A stretch of 64,000 nt of DNA from Tubulanus polymorphus (taxonomy: Eukaryota; Animalia; Nemertea), in contig NC_134028.1 in assembly GCF_964204645.1 (NCBI RefSeq), forward strand, positions 7,192,001-7,256,000, written 5' to 3'. The translations under genes were made by a program, and so were the position numbers. Positions within the stretch are counted from its first letter, which is position 1. Every line of letters starts with the position of its first letter. Shown in pieces: positions 35,101-50,100 of this stretch. The notes below the pieces were generated by a model, which worked only from the letters and a program-made list of their open reading frames with translations, searched no databases and had not been told where the DNA came from.

Positions 35101-38100
35101 TTATTGGAGCCAACTATAAATCCTGGTAATTTGAATGAACACGTGCGCTTCGCTCAGAATAAATTAGAATACGTGTATAAGGTAGCTAGAGATGCACTAG
35201 GGAATGCACAATCCGATTTTAAGAAACAGTATGACAAAAAGGCCTCTGCACCAGACTTTAGGGTTGGTGATCATTGTTGGGTCTTTTTCCCAAACTTTAG
35301 AAAGGGTCTTACTAGGAAATTACAGAAAAGATTCCGGGGTCCTTTCCAAGTTACCAAGATTATAGGGCCTTCAACGTATAAGCTTAAATGTGCTAAGACA
35401 GGTAAATACATGAAAAGTCCGGTAGCTGCAGATCGTCTGAAGCCATTTATACACCGTGACGATCTGCCCATTGGCACTCAGCCTGATGATCATGGTGATC
35501 CCCTGGATCAGGATCTTGCAACTAACGATGACGATTTAGTCGATATACCAGATGATGTTTATATCATTAAAGAAATACTAGGCGATAAAATTATTAATGG
35601 GAAGCGTCACTTCAAGATATGGTGGGAAGGCTACACTAGACAAGAAGCTACATTTGAACCCGAGGAAAACATCTTGAATCCTAAATTGGTTGAGGACTAT
35701 TTTAAGTCGAAGAAAAAAGTAAAGAAAAATTTGGGAGTTAATTAGTGAGAGGTTGATAGAGTTTTGTTTTCCTTCTTTTAGGTCAAATATGAAGGTTCAA
35801 ATGTTACTCGTTGGTATGGTGATTGCAGTTATGAGGTATCAGACAAGCGCATCCTCTAATTCAGTCGTAATGCTTAATTGGGGGGTGGTTTTTAATAAGT
35901 TTACTGCAATTTTGAACGGGGTGTCCAAGTACAGGCACACGTTTTGTATTCCGTGGCCCAAGTTTGATTTAGATAATATCGCCGAATTACCCTGTCCTCG
36001 TCAGCCTCGAAACTCACCCTATGATGGCTGCGATATGTTAAACGTTGTTATTCGGAAGTTGAACTTACAGATTGGCGAAACTAGAAAAGAACTTAACGCG
36101 AACATCGATATCATAAAATCCCTGATACCCGTTAAGGCTAATAATAGGCGGAAACGTGCTTTAGGATTTTTTTGGCAGTATTGCTAAATCGCTTTTTGGC
36201 TTGGCTTCCGATGATGAGGTTCAAGCCTTGAAACAGCATGTAGAGAAGATGGAATCAGGTTTAGTGGGTATGACGGATCAGATTGTCCAGCAAGGGAAAA
36301 CTTTAAATTCATTTATGAATACAACAAACAAAAGGATTGAAAATGCAATGGATGGGATCAAACAGAATCATAATTTATTACAACAGTTTGCGGACACTTA
36401 TAAGCGACAGACAGCTATCTTTCGTGGCTCTCAAAAAACTTTTGCTGATAAATTATCTAGGCTTAATATATCCGTTTCTTCTTTGTCTGTTCTCATGGAT
36501 AATATGGTAGATTATCAATATCGATTTGGAATAGTAGTTCGACACTCCGATGAACTGTTACAGGCAACGCAACTTCTTTTAGATGGGTTCCTGCCCATAA
36601 CGATGGTGGGTCCCGAAAAAATTAAAACGGTGGTGGACCACGTTGAGAATCTTTTGAGTGATCACTATCCGAGCTTTAAGGTCACCCATAATCACCCTAG
36701 TTTTTACTATCAAATGCGTGACATCGCTTTTACACAAACTGATCAATATCTATACGTTACAATTGCGGTTCCGATACACAGCATAGCTGGGTTCATGGAC
36801 GTGTATCACATCGATGCCTTATCAGTTCCATCTAATGCTACAAGCGCTAATACTACGAAGATTGTAGGACTACCTCAGTACATAGCAATTACTAAGGATA
36901 GCGAGTATTATACCGAGTTTGATAGTGATTTTTTATTGTCATGTACAGGACGGGACCTTAAGTTCTGTTCAACGACTAGGTCCCTTAATTCAAGAAACAA
37001 ATTATCATGCGCATCTGCCCTTTTCTGGGATCAGCCGGATGAAGTGATGAAGCGATGTGACATTCGCTATGAGGAGGCATTGCTATTTGAGGGCAGCTAC
37101 GAATTGGCTGATGGTCGTTACCTTCTTTCTTCGGACGATCCGGTCTGGACGATGCATTGCTCTGACAGGCAGGTTAAATCTATCACCGGCTGTAAGCTAT
37201 GTGTGATGACTGTTCCATGTTTTTGCTCGATAATTGCTTCGACGTTTCGGATTCCTTACAAATTGACTGGTTGTCAACTTGGAAAGGTTGACAAGACAGT
37301 GCTTCACGTAGTTAACCTGCCCGTCTTGCATTCATTGTTTTCGGACAAGGCCGCTCTGAGGAAGATCCGTGGGAATGAATTAGCTACAGCTCCTTTAGTT
37401 CAATTACCAGAGTTTAAATTAGCGAAAGGGGATTGGGACTCCGTAGCAAGTAAAGAAGCGGCATATTCCACGGATCTTAAGAAGTTGACGAAAGCCCATA
37501 AAGAAAATGTCCAGCTGTTTGCTTCGAAAGCTGAAGCCCTGAAGCAGGACCTAGCCTCGGATAACATCCATAGCTACCTGTTGTCATCGCCGACGTCACT
37601 TGGTATCTTATCAGTGCCTACCATTCTTAGCATAGTTGCTATAGCTCTTTCTTTATATATGTTTTTAACTGCGCGGTTTAACCCAGCGTCGTTATTTCCG
37701 GCCGCAGCGCTTCTTGCGTCCCAAAATGTTCCTTTGGTGGAGTCAACCATTGTCCAGTCAAATAAGACTCTCTCGTTTGTTGACTCCGTTAAAAAGGTAC
37801 AAGATTCTCTTGGAAATGTAGACTACGATATCTCGCTGGATACTTTTATGCTTGTAGCCGTACTGTATTGTTTAGCCCATTATATTTATGACGATGTCCG
37901 TTACCTTATTCATTTAATTCGCGGTTCCAGATGCAGAGTTAATCGCTGCCATTCTCAGGTCGTGGTAGAAATTTCGAATGGGGTGTCTTGCATCCTGTTG
38001 CCGTTGTTAGATATTTCAGCGTGTCCCGGAGAGGTACGGCTTTTGGGATCGCCGACTCTCCGTGGGGTTAATTGTTCTTCCCGATACCTTAAGCTGTACA

Positions 38101-41100
38101 TTCATCTTAATTGGATTTCAGATCTAAAGCTAATTTTCGGTAATGTTGAAATTTTAGTGCCCGATAAGGTTCGCATAAAACCTTCGGTGTATAGACAGGT
38201 GGACCAAATCATGAAGTCGAAGTTTTCTTTACGACTGTACCTTAAGCATCATGACCTCTTGACGCCTATCATTGCAAAGCCCGAGGATAATCCCACTGTT
38301 CTGGTCCTTGATTCTGGTGGTCGGGGTAGTAAGAGTGATGGGTTCACTCCACTTTTGAGGGGGGAAAATAGTATCTACCCTCCCTTGCCAAGCTACCGGC
38401 CATAACCTTCTCATTTGAGATGTTGTATTTATTCTAACTATTAACTTATTATCTATCTATACACTCGTCTATTTACGAGTAAGTTCATTCGTAGTCTTTA
38501 CCTACCGTCTTCTGATAGTTTATTGGGTTGGTGTTATTGTTATTATCATCAATATGTAATACTGTTTTTCTTTATTGATTAAAGTTGAAATGGAGAGTGC
38601 ATTATTTGTCCTTGTCGTGTTCTTTTATTTACTATAATTGTAGATATAGCATTGGGAGTAATTTGATTAAGTATACGGATGCATTAGTAGTATATTAGGT
38701 TTGTTTAGATTTATATTTGTTTATACGATCGAATTGGGGGTACCGCTAAGACTGAACACATTACGTCTGAATTTGAGTTACACTGGTTTGTTATCTGGTT
38801 GGTAATGTTTTGATACATACATTCATTTGAGTCTTTTTCCTGGCGATAACTGCGACCTTGTAAAGATTTCGTAGAGTTGCTGCCTGCTCGACAGTGCCAC
38901 GATCCAGGATGTGATCGACTCCAGTATATGCTGCTGTTTATCCAGAGTTACTCGTCACTATGCTGTGACTTACTATTGCGATACGAACAGATTCTCGTTG
39001 CGATGTGCGTTTAACTGCTGGTTAGCTGATCTCCGATGTATTGTTGTCACCCGGAAAACTGGAAGACCTATGATGTGGGTCGAGTCGCTCTCGTACTGAT
39101 GCGTTCCTGGTCTCGACATGACTTAGCTATCCATCGCCATGTATTACGTTTTGCTGCAGTTTAGTCGTTACGCTAGCGCCGTTTTATATCCTAGTGTAGT
39201 TCTACTCAATCGAACATTTGCAATTTTACCTCAGTGTTCCGATAGCGATTTGTAACGTCTCGACCTATTGTTTTGGCGCTAACGCATGCGATCGTACAGA
39301 CACTTTATTTAGATGACATCTCTATCGATACTGGTTGTTGCGTTAGCTCCAGTTATGTCATTTATTGCCATACTATATCGCTATATCGTTTCGTATGGTG
39401 TTAGTTCCGTGTTTATCGTACTTTTTTGCGCCTGTTGATGTGATGATTCCTTACCTTCGCTGTGTTTCGTCAGATGATTACCTATTTAGTAGTAATGATC
39501 GTTGGAAGGGAAGTCCGTTTCTCCAGTATTTGACTGTGTTAGTTGCTGTTCCATGGTGAATAGTCGCTGTTCCATGATGAATTGGTGTTGCTGTTCCGTG
39601 ATAAACTGGTGTCGCTGCATGGTTAAGAATTGACTTTTGGAATTGGATATGATTATATGAACTTTAAACTTTCCGCTATTTTCGATGTATAATTTGCTGT
39701 AATATTTTGTAATCGTATTTCATTGTATGATTGTGTAGGTTGTTCACTGAGTTCCGGTTGTCTCGTCTTGATTTTCGGGACGAAAATATTAAGTCCAGGG
39801 GGATATTAGGAAAGTTATATTCATTCCATAATTTGTGAGTAACAGCAGCTATAGGTTTAGAGCAAATTCATAGTTCCTGGTATCGTGGATAAACTCAGTT
39901 TGAACCGAACTAATTCAGCCGTGAAAACCATTCAGTTTTGGGCCGCCAGTTCTCCATAAATCATTATTTTAATATCAGATCAGCATATGGTTTTCACATT
40001 AGTTTCACTTGCTACCAGGGACTATAATCACTGAATTAATAAATTTAAACAGTTGCTGTTATCATAAAAGGGAATTCATATAGTTGGTGCTCGCGCGACG
40101 TGGCAGTACTGCGACGTGGCAGTTTCGTGGCAGTTTCGCGAGTGCCTATATAAGGGAGGTCCCTGAAACAGAGAGGAGAAAGAGAGGGAGAGACAGAAAG
40201 AGACAGAACACCGGAACTGGAACAGCCATAAGCAAGTAGAAAAATAAAAGCGTAATATCAACTGGAGAAGAGTCTTTCCAACTTGTCATTTACTATCACA
40301 TAGAAACTAGATAAATATTCAGCTCTTTGGAATAAGTTGCGTTGAAAACGATTACGGACTGGAAGTTATAGAAATTACAGACTGGTTATATGAAATACTA
40401 CTCGAAGGTATCATTTTTTAGCTATATATTTTGATTCACTAATAACCACTAGGGAATATTTCTGTTATATTTCATCGCGCTTCACAAGGGATTGATTTAA
40501 CAATCTATCAGACATTTTGAATCTAGCTTTTCATCAAGTGAATATAGAACCCAAAACCGCGGGACTGGATTGGGAAGACTCCGAAATCTAGATTAAACCG
40601 CTGAAATGGATTATGGTCAAATTAGATCTAGAACTGTGAAACTAGTTTCAAATAATAGGCAAATCCACAAGTGCACTTTCAGACTAAAATCCTGACTAAT
40701 TATTCAAACACAAACTAGAAAATCCTATTATTCAAACAGCTGCAGAACTTCAAAATTGTGGGTTTATCGTTTGATTGTTATAGCGCAATTAATGTTAATG
40801 ATATATGCTATAAACAGTTTACAATATATCAAGCTAGATTAATCTATCCAGGAAATCGATGAATTAGAATAATTCTAACGACATTAACCTGGATATCTAC
40901 TCTACCTAAAATATCCAGCGTAAAGTCGTTAAAATGAGCAAGCTTACCATCCAAATATTCCAACCGGCATTCTGTAGGGTTCCTTTCTATTCTAGTCATG
41001 CCAATAGCTTTTTTGAATGACTGCATCATAAAATCGACAATTTCATACTCGTTCGCCTGTCCAGCTATGCATTCCATCGCGTACGTGTAGCCCTCCAAAA

Positions 41101-44100
41101 TGATCGCGATCATGAAATTAACCATCATGAAATTCACGATGATAACGAATGCCACGAACATGAGCGGTGCCATCACGGGACTGACTGCCTGCATTCGTCG
41201 GAAATTGAATTTATCTGCAATGAAGATGTAAAACTGTTTTGTAAATAATTCGGGCTTCTTTACACAAATGTCCGTTGCAGAGAGGCGGATAAATCTCAAC
41301 CAAACCCTCTATCAACGCACACGACGCCGGGAAACACAGATACAGGAGACACATGACAGACGCGGAAACATATTTGATATAGGAAACATTATTTCCCGAA
41401 GCAATGTTTATCCGTTTCTCGTAAACCACAGGAAACGCATGCAGAAAAATATTTCTATCCCCTGTTCCTGCGTTTCTCCGTACCACAGGCGTTGGACTTA
41501 AATAGACACTGAATGGGTGACTGTGCCAAATCCGTAACCTCCAGATGGAACCCTTTGAGCCTACATCCCTGGTAAAACATCATTCAATGAGTTCCTAGTC
41601 TAACACTCACTTAGCATCATGTTCAACAATGTCTCCATACTAGCTATGAACGTCGAATATTCTCTCAAACGGACCATGAACTTCAGGTGACACAAACTAA
41701 CAAATCCTAAAAACAGGATCAAGAACACGACCAGAAATCTCATTAGCGGCCAGGACAACCATTTCATCATCAAGGCCAGGGCGCAAATTCTTTTGTTAAA
41801 ACGCAGTAGCTTTAAGCCTTGAAGTGTCGATAGAAATACGATCATTGCGAGTAGGTAAACCGACAACTGAAAATATATAATGACGTTTAACATTACAAAT
41901 AGATGACCATGTACTCAGAATTGGATATCTAGTTTATTCGTTTCTAGTTTCGTTAGTTGTATTCCGTGAAAATTACCTCGTCATACAAAACGACATAGTC
42001 GAGATTTATGAATTTGGTTCTGTCCGTCATCATTTCAGCCATTGCGTACGCCCCGAAGAATCGCACTATTTGCATGAATATGGCCACAAATCCCATGAAT
42101 ATCACCGCAAACTCGTAAACATCCCAAAATGACTGCAAAAACAAGAAAACTATCTTGAACGTTTATTGACGCCTCGAAAAATAACACGTATATTGCTTAA
42201 TATTGTCGACAAACAATAAAATGTGATAAAGTTGTATGGATAGGGATCAATAAACTTATTTTGGATTTGATTATATCGATAATTGAATTGAATTGACCGG
42301 CGACCAGTCTAACCCACATTTATCGATGATGTAGTGCACATGTCAAAATTCTTATCATTAAGAAAATAGAATAAGAGTTATGAAATATATCTAATTAAGA
42401 AATAAACCCAAAGATTCATAATTGTAATCGTTATTTTGAAAGCCAATATTGTTGACAGTGCACATCAACTCACACCACAACGCATATTAGATATCAATAT
42501 ATATCAACATTATTGTAACGGTTTCACCGGATTAATAGTCAGACACGCAGTCGTTAGAAAAAAGTATAACTCAGTAAAATCCGATATCAAAAAGTAACAT
42601 AAATACTCATTTTAATTTTCATATGTTGACACGTATGTCATACTTACACTGAAATATTGGCGTCGACCGATTTTCCGCAGTCTCTTCGAAGCTCGCACCG
42701 CGAAATAGACCAGGAACCCGAGAAAAATGAATTGGAAAAAGAACATCACTGAGTTTGTAGGTGTCATTCCTTTCTCCAGGCGCATTACTGTCACTTTATA
42801 CTTTGTAAATGCACCTGAAATGAGAGCACGATTCTGAATTAAACCACTGAATTAATCGTGATTTTGCTTCAACTGGGAGAAGTACAATTGGATTTTTTGA
42901 TAGTTGTCCATCACATCTCAACACGTTGTGGACGTTTTCGTTACATATCGTCATGTTGGCTGTACTGTGGGCTCATACACTCTGACAAAATTCGATATTT
43001 TTGAAACATAAATGATGAAAAATAGTAATATAATTGATATATAAAATATTTGATTAAAAAAATCGGAATTTTCGTTGGCAGGCAACCTAGTTTTACAACT
43101 AACTGTAGTCAGGACTATCGTTTATTTAGTTCCTTGATTGGGTGCAGCCATATTGTATTATTATGGGCTCGTCTATATTACTCTATGTATGTTATTACCT
43201 CCGCTATTCAGGAATTCCACGAGGAGAAACGCCACACCATACAAGCGAACGTTGTTGTTGTAAAGTAAAAACTCAATGATGATACATCTTGTATTCTTAT
43301 CCAACCAGTTTCCAGCTTTAATCGCTTTTAGAGTGCGCAGAGCTTGTTTCGGCTGAGTTCCCAAATTCACCACGTAACCGCCGCCGGAGTACGTGGCAAA
43401 TTTCCCAGACGTAGGCGAACCCTTGAGTGTCCAGGCCGATGAGTAACCGAATCCATAATCCGGTTTATCATTTGGATCTAGAATATTGGATCACAAAAGT
43501 TTTTACGAGTGGTTGTACGTGTAATCAAGAAAAATGTTAACAACATATCCAATCTAAAGATGAATAGAGTTGATTAAATCTGAATTATTAATGTGGGGAT
43601 TTTGAAATAAAGGCAACAGCCATCATTTCTCGATGGAGTGATGGAAGAACCGACCTTGAGGCTGTAACTACGGTTTATGCGTATATCAACATCTTATTTG
43701 CACGCTGAATTAGTTACAAATTTTCAAGATAGAGTCTATTTACCTGATTTATTAACGGGAATCCATCCTGCTTTGTAATTTCCTTCCTCTTGACTAAACA
43801 TACTATAGCTAGGCCGGCATACATCACCAAACAACTGATCTAATTTCGAGTTGCATGTGACTACAAAGAAATTTACTCGTAGGATGTATGTTCAAGTACG
43901 GAAAAAGTCTATCGGATAGAACATCAAAGCACCTATTCATTTGGATGATTTTCAGGAATTGGACGCACACGATTAACGATGAAAATGAATAGTGTCTTTT
44001 TAGAACCAATGGCGATTTAGTAAAAACAGGACAACTTACCAGGTTTTGTTCGTAACTGACGTAGACGTGGGACGCAGACTCTCAACGCCTGTCGATCAAC

Positions 44101-47100
44101 GATGTAATTTTTATATTTGTACCAATCGTCACCCGGGAACATATCATACCCGAACATTCCAGGCACCAGCGAATTTTCGGCGTAATCCCAAAACTGATCG
44201 AAATTCCTCACCTGCAGAGAAAGGCTACAGTGACAAGCTGTCCGCCATTTCAGATCCAGGGAAAATAAGAAATATCCCGAAATTCTGAGTATTTCCATAG
44301 CATCTCATTAGTTTTAAGGACTTGTCCGAAGGGATTAAAAAGCGATTGAATTGCTCAAACCATTGAAACTCACGGCGGATAAGGCATATGTTCCCACGCT
44401 GTTGTTTCTGGTGTATCTATCGTTGTAAAATATGTTCTCTATGTCTTTATAGAAGTAGTGAGATCTCGTGTCTCGATTTTCATACGACAAAACTATCAGA
44501 ATTCCAACGAATATCGTGTAGAATATGATCTCCCAGATAATGTTCACCATTTCGATTTCTTTAAGCCTAAACGAGATGAGAATAGACAATGTTAATCCGA
44601 CAGTATACCAGATACCAGTTTCATGGGTAAGATCACCATGCTTACGACTGAGGAACTGCATCAGTGTTTCTCAAAAGTTGGGAAATAGTTAAATAGTATG
44701 AAATCGTTTTTTTAGTTAACCATTTAAAGCAAACAACGATTCCGACTAAAAAGCCTTTGAAGCCCTAGGTGAGATAGTCATGCATCTCTGCCATTGTCAT
44801 CTTCATTGGAACATGGATTCTTAATTCCATGATGGGAATGGCCTACATGGGCCTATATCGTTCGTATGTACCTCTTATCCCTGGCGGCTTTTAGCTCTTC
44901 CTCGTCCGGCGGCAACGGTATGGCTTTATAACGAGCGATTTTTTCTTTAATATCGGGAGAGGTGCCGTACGGATCGTGCAACCACTCCTCGTTGTCCATG
45001 AGACTGTTGTCGTACTCGCTCTCGTCCGGTTCTTCCAGGTCGGGTTTCTTGATGATCAGGGCGTAAAGAAGGGCCAAAAACAAAACCTGACAAAAGTGCA
45101 TGAAAACGAAACAATTATTCACACAGCTGGATGAAAATCCAAAGAAGGGATGATATGCTTTAGAAGAACTATTTGCAAGAAATCGATCGACTTAGCAAAA
45201 AGATGCACTTCTTTACAAATACAATTCGAAAAATGCGGCAAGTTCGAATTCACTTAAGATTATCCTAATGTACCACCGCTACCTTAATCGGTTGTTGTAG
45301 CATAATCGACTGGACGAGAGAAATACCGAATGATGCAATCCACTCTTTAGAGCCGGCTAACCCGAGGTCTTTAGAGAACATGTTGGCGAAATAGAAGCTC
45401 ACTGCCACGGCAATGAATGCAATCGTGTGGCCGACAATCACACACCACCACGGTAAAACCAGTTTCTTCTTTTTCTTTTTCTGGTCTTCCTTTTTCGGTG
45501 ATTCCGGTATTTTCCCGTAGCCCGAGGCGTCGGTGAAACTGATTTTCTGACTGTTTTGAGTGTCGTTCCAACTTCGACGCGATGGTGTAGCGGACTTTCT
45601 CTCGCCTGAAAAAAGTAAAAATGAATAGTGAAATAAGTATGTAGAAAAACCCACGCTTATACTACGGAAGATTAAGTCCGAAAAGTTTCCTTAACGCTTA
45701 TGTTTATTCATTCAAAATTTCGACTATATCCTACTAGTCATCTTCAGAAGATGATTGGTGGAGATGACTATTAGGATATAGTCGAAACGTTGAATAAATG
45801 AATTTATAGCTTTGAGGAAACTTTTCAGAATTTCTCTTCCGTAATATTAAGATTCGTAGAGTAGCCATGTTAACCGGATATAGGATAGATAACGAGACGA
45901 GTAGTACTATTAGGCACTTCATCAGGTGAATGAGTGAACTCATTCACATGGTGAAGCTAATAACTATTTATTAGTAGCGAAAGCTCGAGCATCAAATAAA
46001 TCTACAATAGTTAATCTACAGTACTACTTGTCTCGTTTTATTCCGTAATATTAGTGTGGGATTTTCTATATATCGTTACAACACGGAATAGTGTTTCACA
46101 AATGGTTAGTATAATAAGTAGCTTCTTTCTAGTCAAAACGGACTTGATTCTTTTGCACGCGATTACGTGCCTGTATCTAGATACTCTTTTTCGTTCTGCA
46201 ACTCGATTTCCATCGCCTCTGAAGCCTGGTCCGACTTCATTTCGCTGTATTTCGAGTCGCACACGCGTTTATTGCGGCGACATTCGCCACAGGCGTTCGG
46301 CGGCCAGGGACCGGACATTCTGAACAGCAGCACGATAAACACATTCACCGGTACGATTATCAACGATGCCAGGATAGAAACGACCAGCTGCTCGAGAGTA
46401 AACTTGATCGGCCCGATGACTATTTGCGTGACGTTTTGACGCATCGCCATCGCCTTGTAGAACGTCAAACTGGCCATCATCGACACGTAGACCAGAGTTA
46501 AACAGCACGTCAATCTTTGAACGCGCGTGAAGTTGCTTTTCGGAGGTCTTTTGAAAACTGATAACCAAATATGCCCATCGGAGAGGTCTTTGCGAGTTTT
46601 CGACCAGAATAGATAGTTGAACGCTTTCATTTCGATGTCTCCTGCTAGGGGAATTATTCTGTCGATCTGAAAAAAAAACATCGAATTATCTCAAGTCAAC
46701 GTCAGGTTCATTTTCACATTAATGCTATACATAGGCCTAATGATGGAATTTATCAAAAAAGTTTTTACTAATTGCAAGGTTTGGCGCATGCTATTCATGT
46801 CCAAACTGCTGGAATGTTAAGATTTCACGTTTCAAGCAATCTAGATTTCGGCCCATTGTTAGTGCTTATCAGTGCGGATTTGATAAAAACTATTCTAGCA
46901 AAGAACTTTTCTTGGTTGTACTAGTCTTTACAATGCTCGGGCAAATCGCAAAGTTCCTAGTAGAGTAGAAGAGATCGGAACTCACCAAACCATCTTCTTG
47001 TTCTACGGCCAACCATTTGTCACAAATGAACAGAAATCTATCTAGAGTTTGAATATCGGTTACTTGCATCTGATTGAAAAACCAAGACGGATTCTTTCCA

Positions 47101-50100
47101 CCATTATCGTGCCAAATACTGAAACGATACATTGGAAAAATCAAGTTTTTATCATTGAGATTTAGTAGTGAAACTAAATGAGTCTTGTATTTTAGATTGA
47201 AGATCTAAACTCTGACATTTAGAAACATTTAATTCTCTTACGTCAGATTTTGATGGAATATCGCTTAGAATTATTGTAACGTATTAGACATATTACCGTA
47301 AGTGCTCTAAGTTTCCCAGTGGTTTCGGCACCACCATTATGAAAGAATTAATATCGCCTTTTTGAAGAACCTTCCTTTTCTCGTCCATCAAGACTCTGGG
47401 ACCCGTATCGCCATCTTCGCCGGTCAATACGAACGATACTTGAGCTGTCGTACCTGAAAATATATACATACGATGACGCACATGAAACAAGTATTTCAGA
47501 TAATGAATCTGTGAATGGATCTTTCAAAAGGAATACAAGTTGGTACCGGCTTCTTTCGCTTCTCCTGTGGTTACAAGTATTTCATAAATGTATTTATCCC
47601 GGGGATCGTTATCCGGCAGCGGTGTGGAACCAGCCTATCGAAATGATATAATGAAATACATGTATGAATTCAAACTTTCTAGGAATCAGTTTAATATTCT
47701 TCATTTTCCCGTAAAATTTCAGGGTAACTTGACACTTTGAGGGGGGCGTGCACCCTTGCACCTCCCCTTGAGGAAGATATCTTATTTTTGTACATTTCAT
47801 CTTATTCTTGTTCACGTTTAAACTCTTACCCTAATCAGATCTTTTCTGTCGGCTTTTACGGCCCAGATCAGTAGAATGAGGTACAAACATAGCAGAGATA
47901 CCATCGTACCGAACACCACTGGATTGTCGTTAGGATTCAGAAATCCGCCGCTAAAATCTATTTTCGGTAGAGGAATTGTAAAAGACGACCCGAACGTAGT
48001 CAAATGAGTGCATTTACACTGCGTGCTATCACCAGTAGTTAGGTCACCAACCTGTGGCAGAATATAGAAACAATTAGCGACAGAAATTTCGAACTATATC
48101 TAAAATTTAGAGTTTGATTTGACTGGTGGCCAGCGCCTCGACTCAAGAACGAAGGTAGCCTTCTAGTAGATTTGATACAAAAACGAATTGTAGGGCCAGC
48201 ATCAACGGCCAGTCAAAGATAGATGTTAATTTTGATTTTGATGATTCCTCGAAAATCGTATTTATCTTCAGACGAAGTATAAGAGCGTTTTCCATTGGAA
48301 GGATATTTTACCGTGCAGCCAGCATTCGACCATTCTTCCGCCTCGGGATCCCAGAATAAACAATCAGCGGTGAAAAACGACGCGTTGTACAAAGTTTCCA
48401 TGTAATCATCGACGGTTGCATTGGCAGGATCTGAAAAAGTATCGTAGAATAGAATCTCGATGATGAAATATGGAAAACTTCGGAATTAATTTTCAAAAAT
48501 ACATGTTTGCGTTGTAGAATCAAGTATCGAACCTATAGTTCCGTTGAAAGCCTTGATCCCAACATAAACTGGCTTATCAGTTCTGCAAGAAGAATGCCAT
48601 TCAGTATGATTACTGTGTAAAACGGCTGAATATTTTTTTTCGGAAAGTTTCTTGCTTGCGCAAAGTATAATTTGAAAGATTTTGGATCAAAACTGTTAAA
48701 CTTATACAGGATAATTAAAACGTGGTGTTGAAGCATTATTTACCCATTAAGAATGTTGTGAAACAAGCACGTATTCGGATCTCTTTCCGCCGACTGATTG
48801 GCAGTGCTGCCATTCACAGCTGTTTCAGCATGAAGCGGCAGCGTGCAGTTGAAGTCGTGGTTAGAAACTGTTGGGTGCGAACCGACTTTGACGAAAACGA
48901 CGAATCTCGTTATATTATCCGAGAGAACGATACCGCCAGGAGGATCTTAAAGAAATTGAACAATTCAGGAAAGTGTATACACACTCTTACTACAATGGGC
49001 AATGTTGTTTGATTTTTGCATATGACAGGTAGTTGTACCAATAGAAGTAGTTTACGTTCTTCGATATGATCTTTCATCCACGCATTTAAATCAACGCTTG
49101 ATATAAAAAAGTTTCACAGATCAAAACTGTGGAAACACAAACAGAGGTAACTTTGATTATGTAGATTGTGGCAATAAAAAGAACCCGAATACCTTGCATC
49201 GGAGCTGTAGTAACATTGATTGTTGTACTTATCGACGAAGTAGAATTTGTCAGTGAGGTCACTAATGTAGATGTCCCAGTGACAACAGTTTTGGTATTCG
49301 CTATACCGGTAGTTGAACCGAGAGTAGTGGTGACATCAGTCGCAGTAAATGAAGAAGTGTCCGATGTCTGGCCTGGAGTCGCAGAAACTGTGTAATTTAG
49401 TAAAGTAGTCTGGGGAGGACTAGTGGAAGTTGGATAGCTCGGAGATGTAACAACGGAACTCGGGGATGTAACCGTATTTGAAGTAGTGATATTTGAAATT
49501 GAAGATAACGTTGCTGTTGAGGCTTGTTGGGTGTTGTTGGTAGTCGATTCTGTTGTGCCGTTGAAGAGGTCCGTAGCATTTTCACTCAATACAACTTTAA
49601 CGCCGAACGTTGCGTCGAGTGGTACCGTCACAGTATGGATCAGCATATCTTCACTTGGCTTCGTCGATTCTACAACACTTATATCTGGAATCTAAGTACA
49701 ATACAAAAGCATGATTTCAGCGCAATGTAGATTATTGCAAATTAGAATAATCATCATTTTCCTTTGCTGCGATATTTACGCTGTTTCGTTTCCTATCGAT
49801 AACTAGTACGATCGGATCTGGCAGATCGCCAACGATCATCGGGGCACCGGTTTCATTTCTCAGATCTAAAGACAGTAGTCCTGACGTCACTTTCTTGGGT
49901 TTCGTTTCCGCGTTGCTTCCGGTGTTATTCGAAAATGTGTAAATGTTTGAACTGATCGAAAGACACTTAAAAACGAAGAACAAGAGAAACGTGAATATGC
50001 ATTTTTCGATTTCTCGAGGAGATATAGGAGTTACTTGTAAATTTCGAAGAAGTTACTTGTAACATCTGAAGTCCCACAACATAAAAACTAACCTTTGTTT

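Larger units (their letters stand above)
29129..40298 (+). mobile_element. Ty3/Gypsy (Metaviridae) LTR retroelement with chromodomain and env (11,170 bp)
   Basis: Two 495-bp LTRs, 4-bp TSD CATA (29125-29128, 40299-40302), gag-pol-env, pol order PR-RT-RH-IN. Confidence 0.97.
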
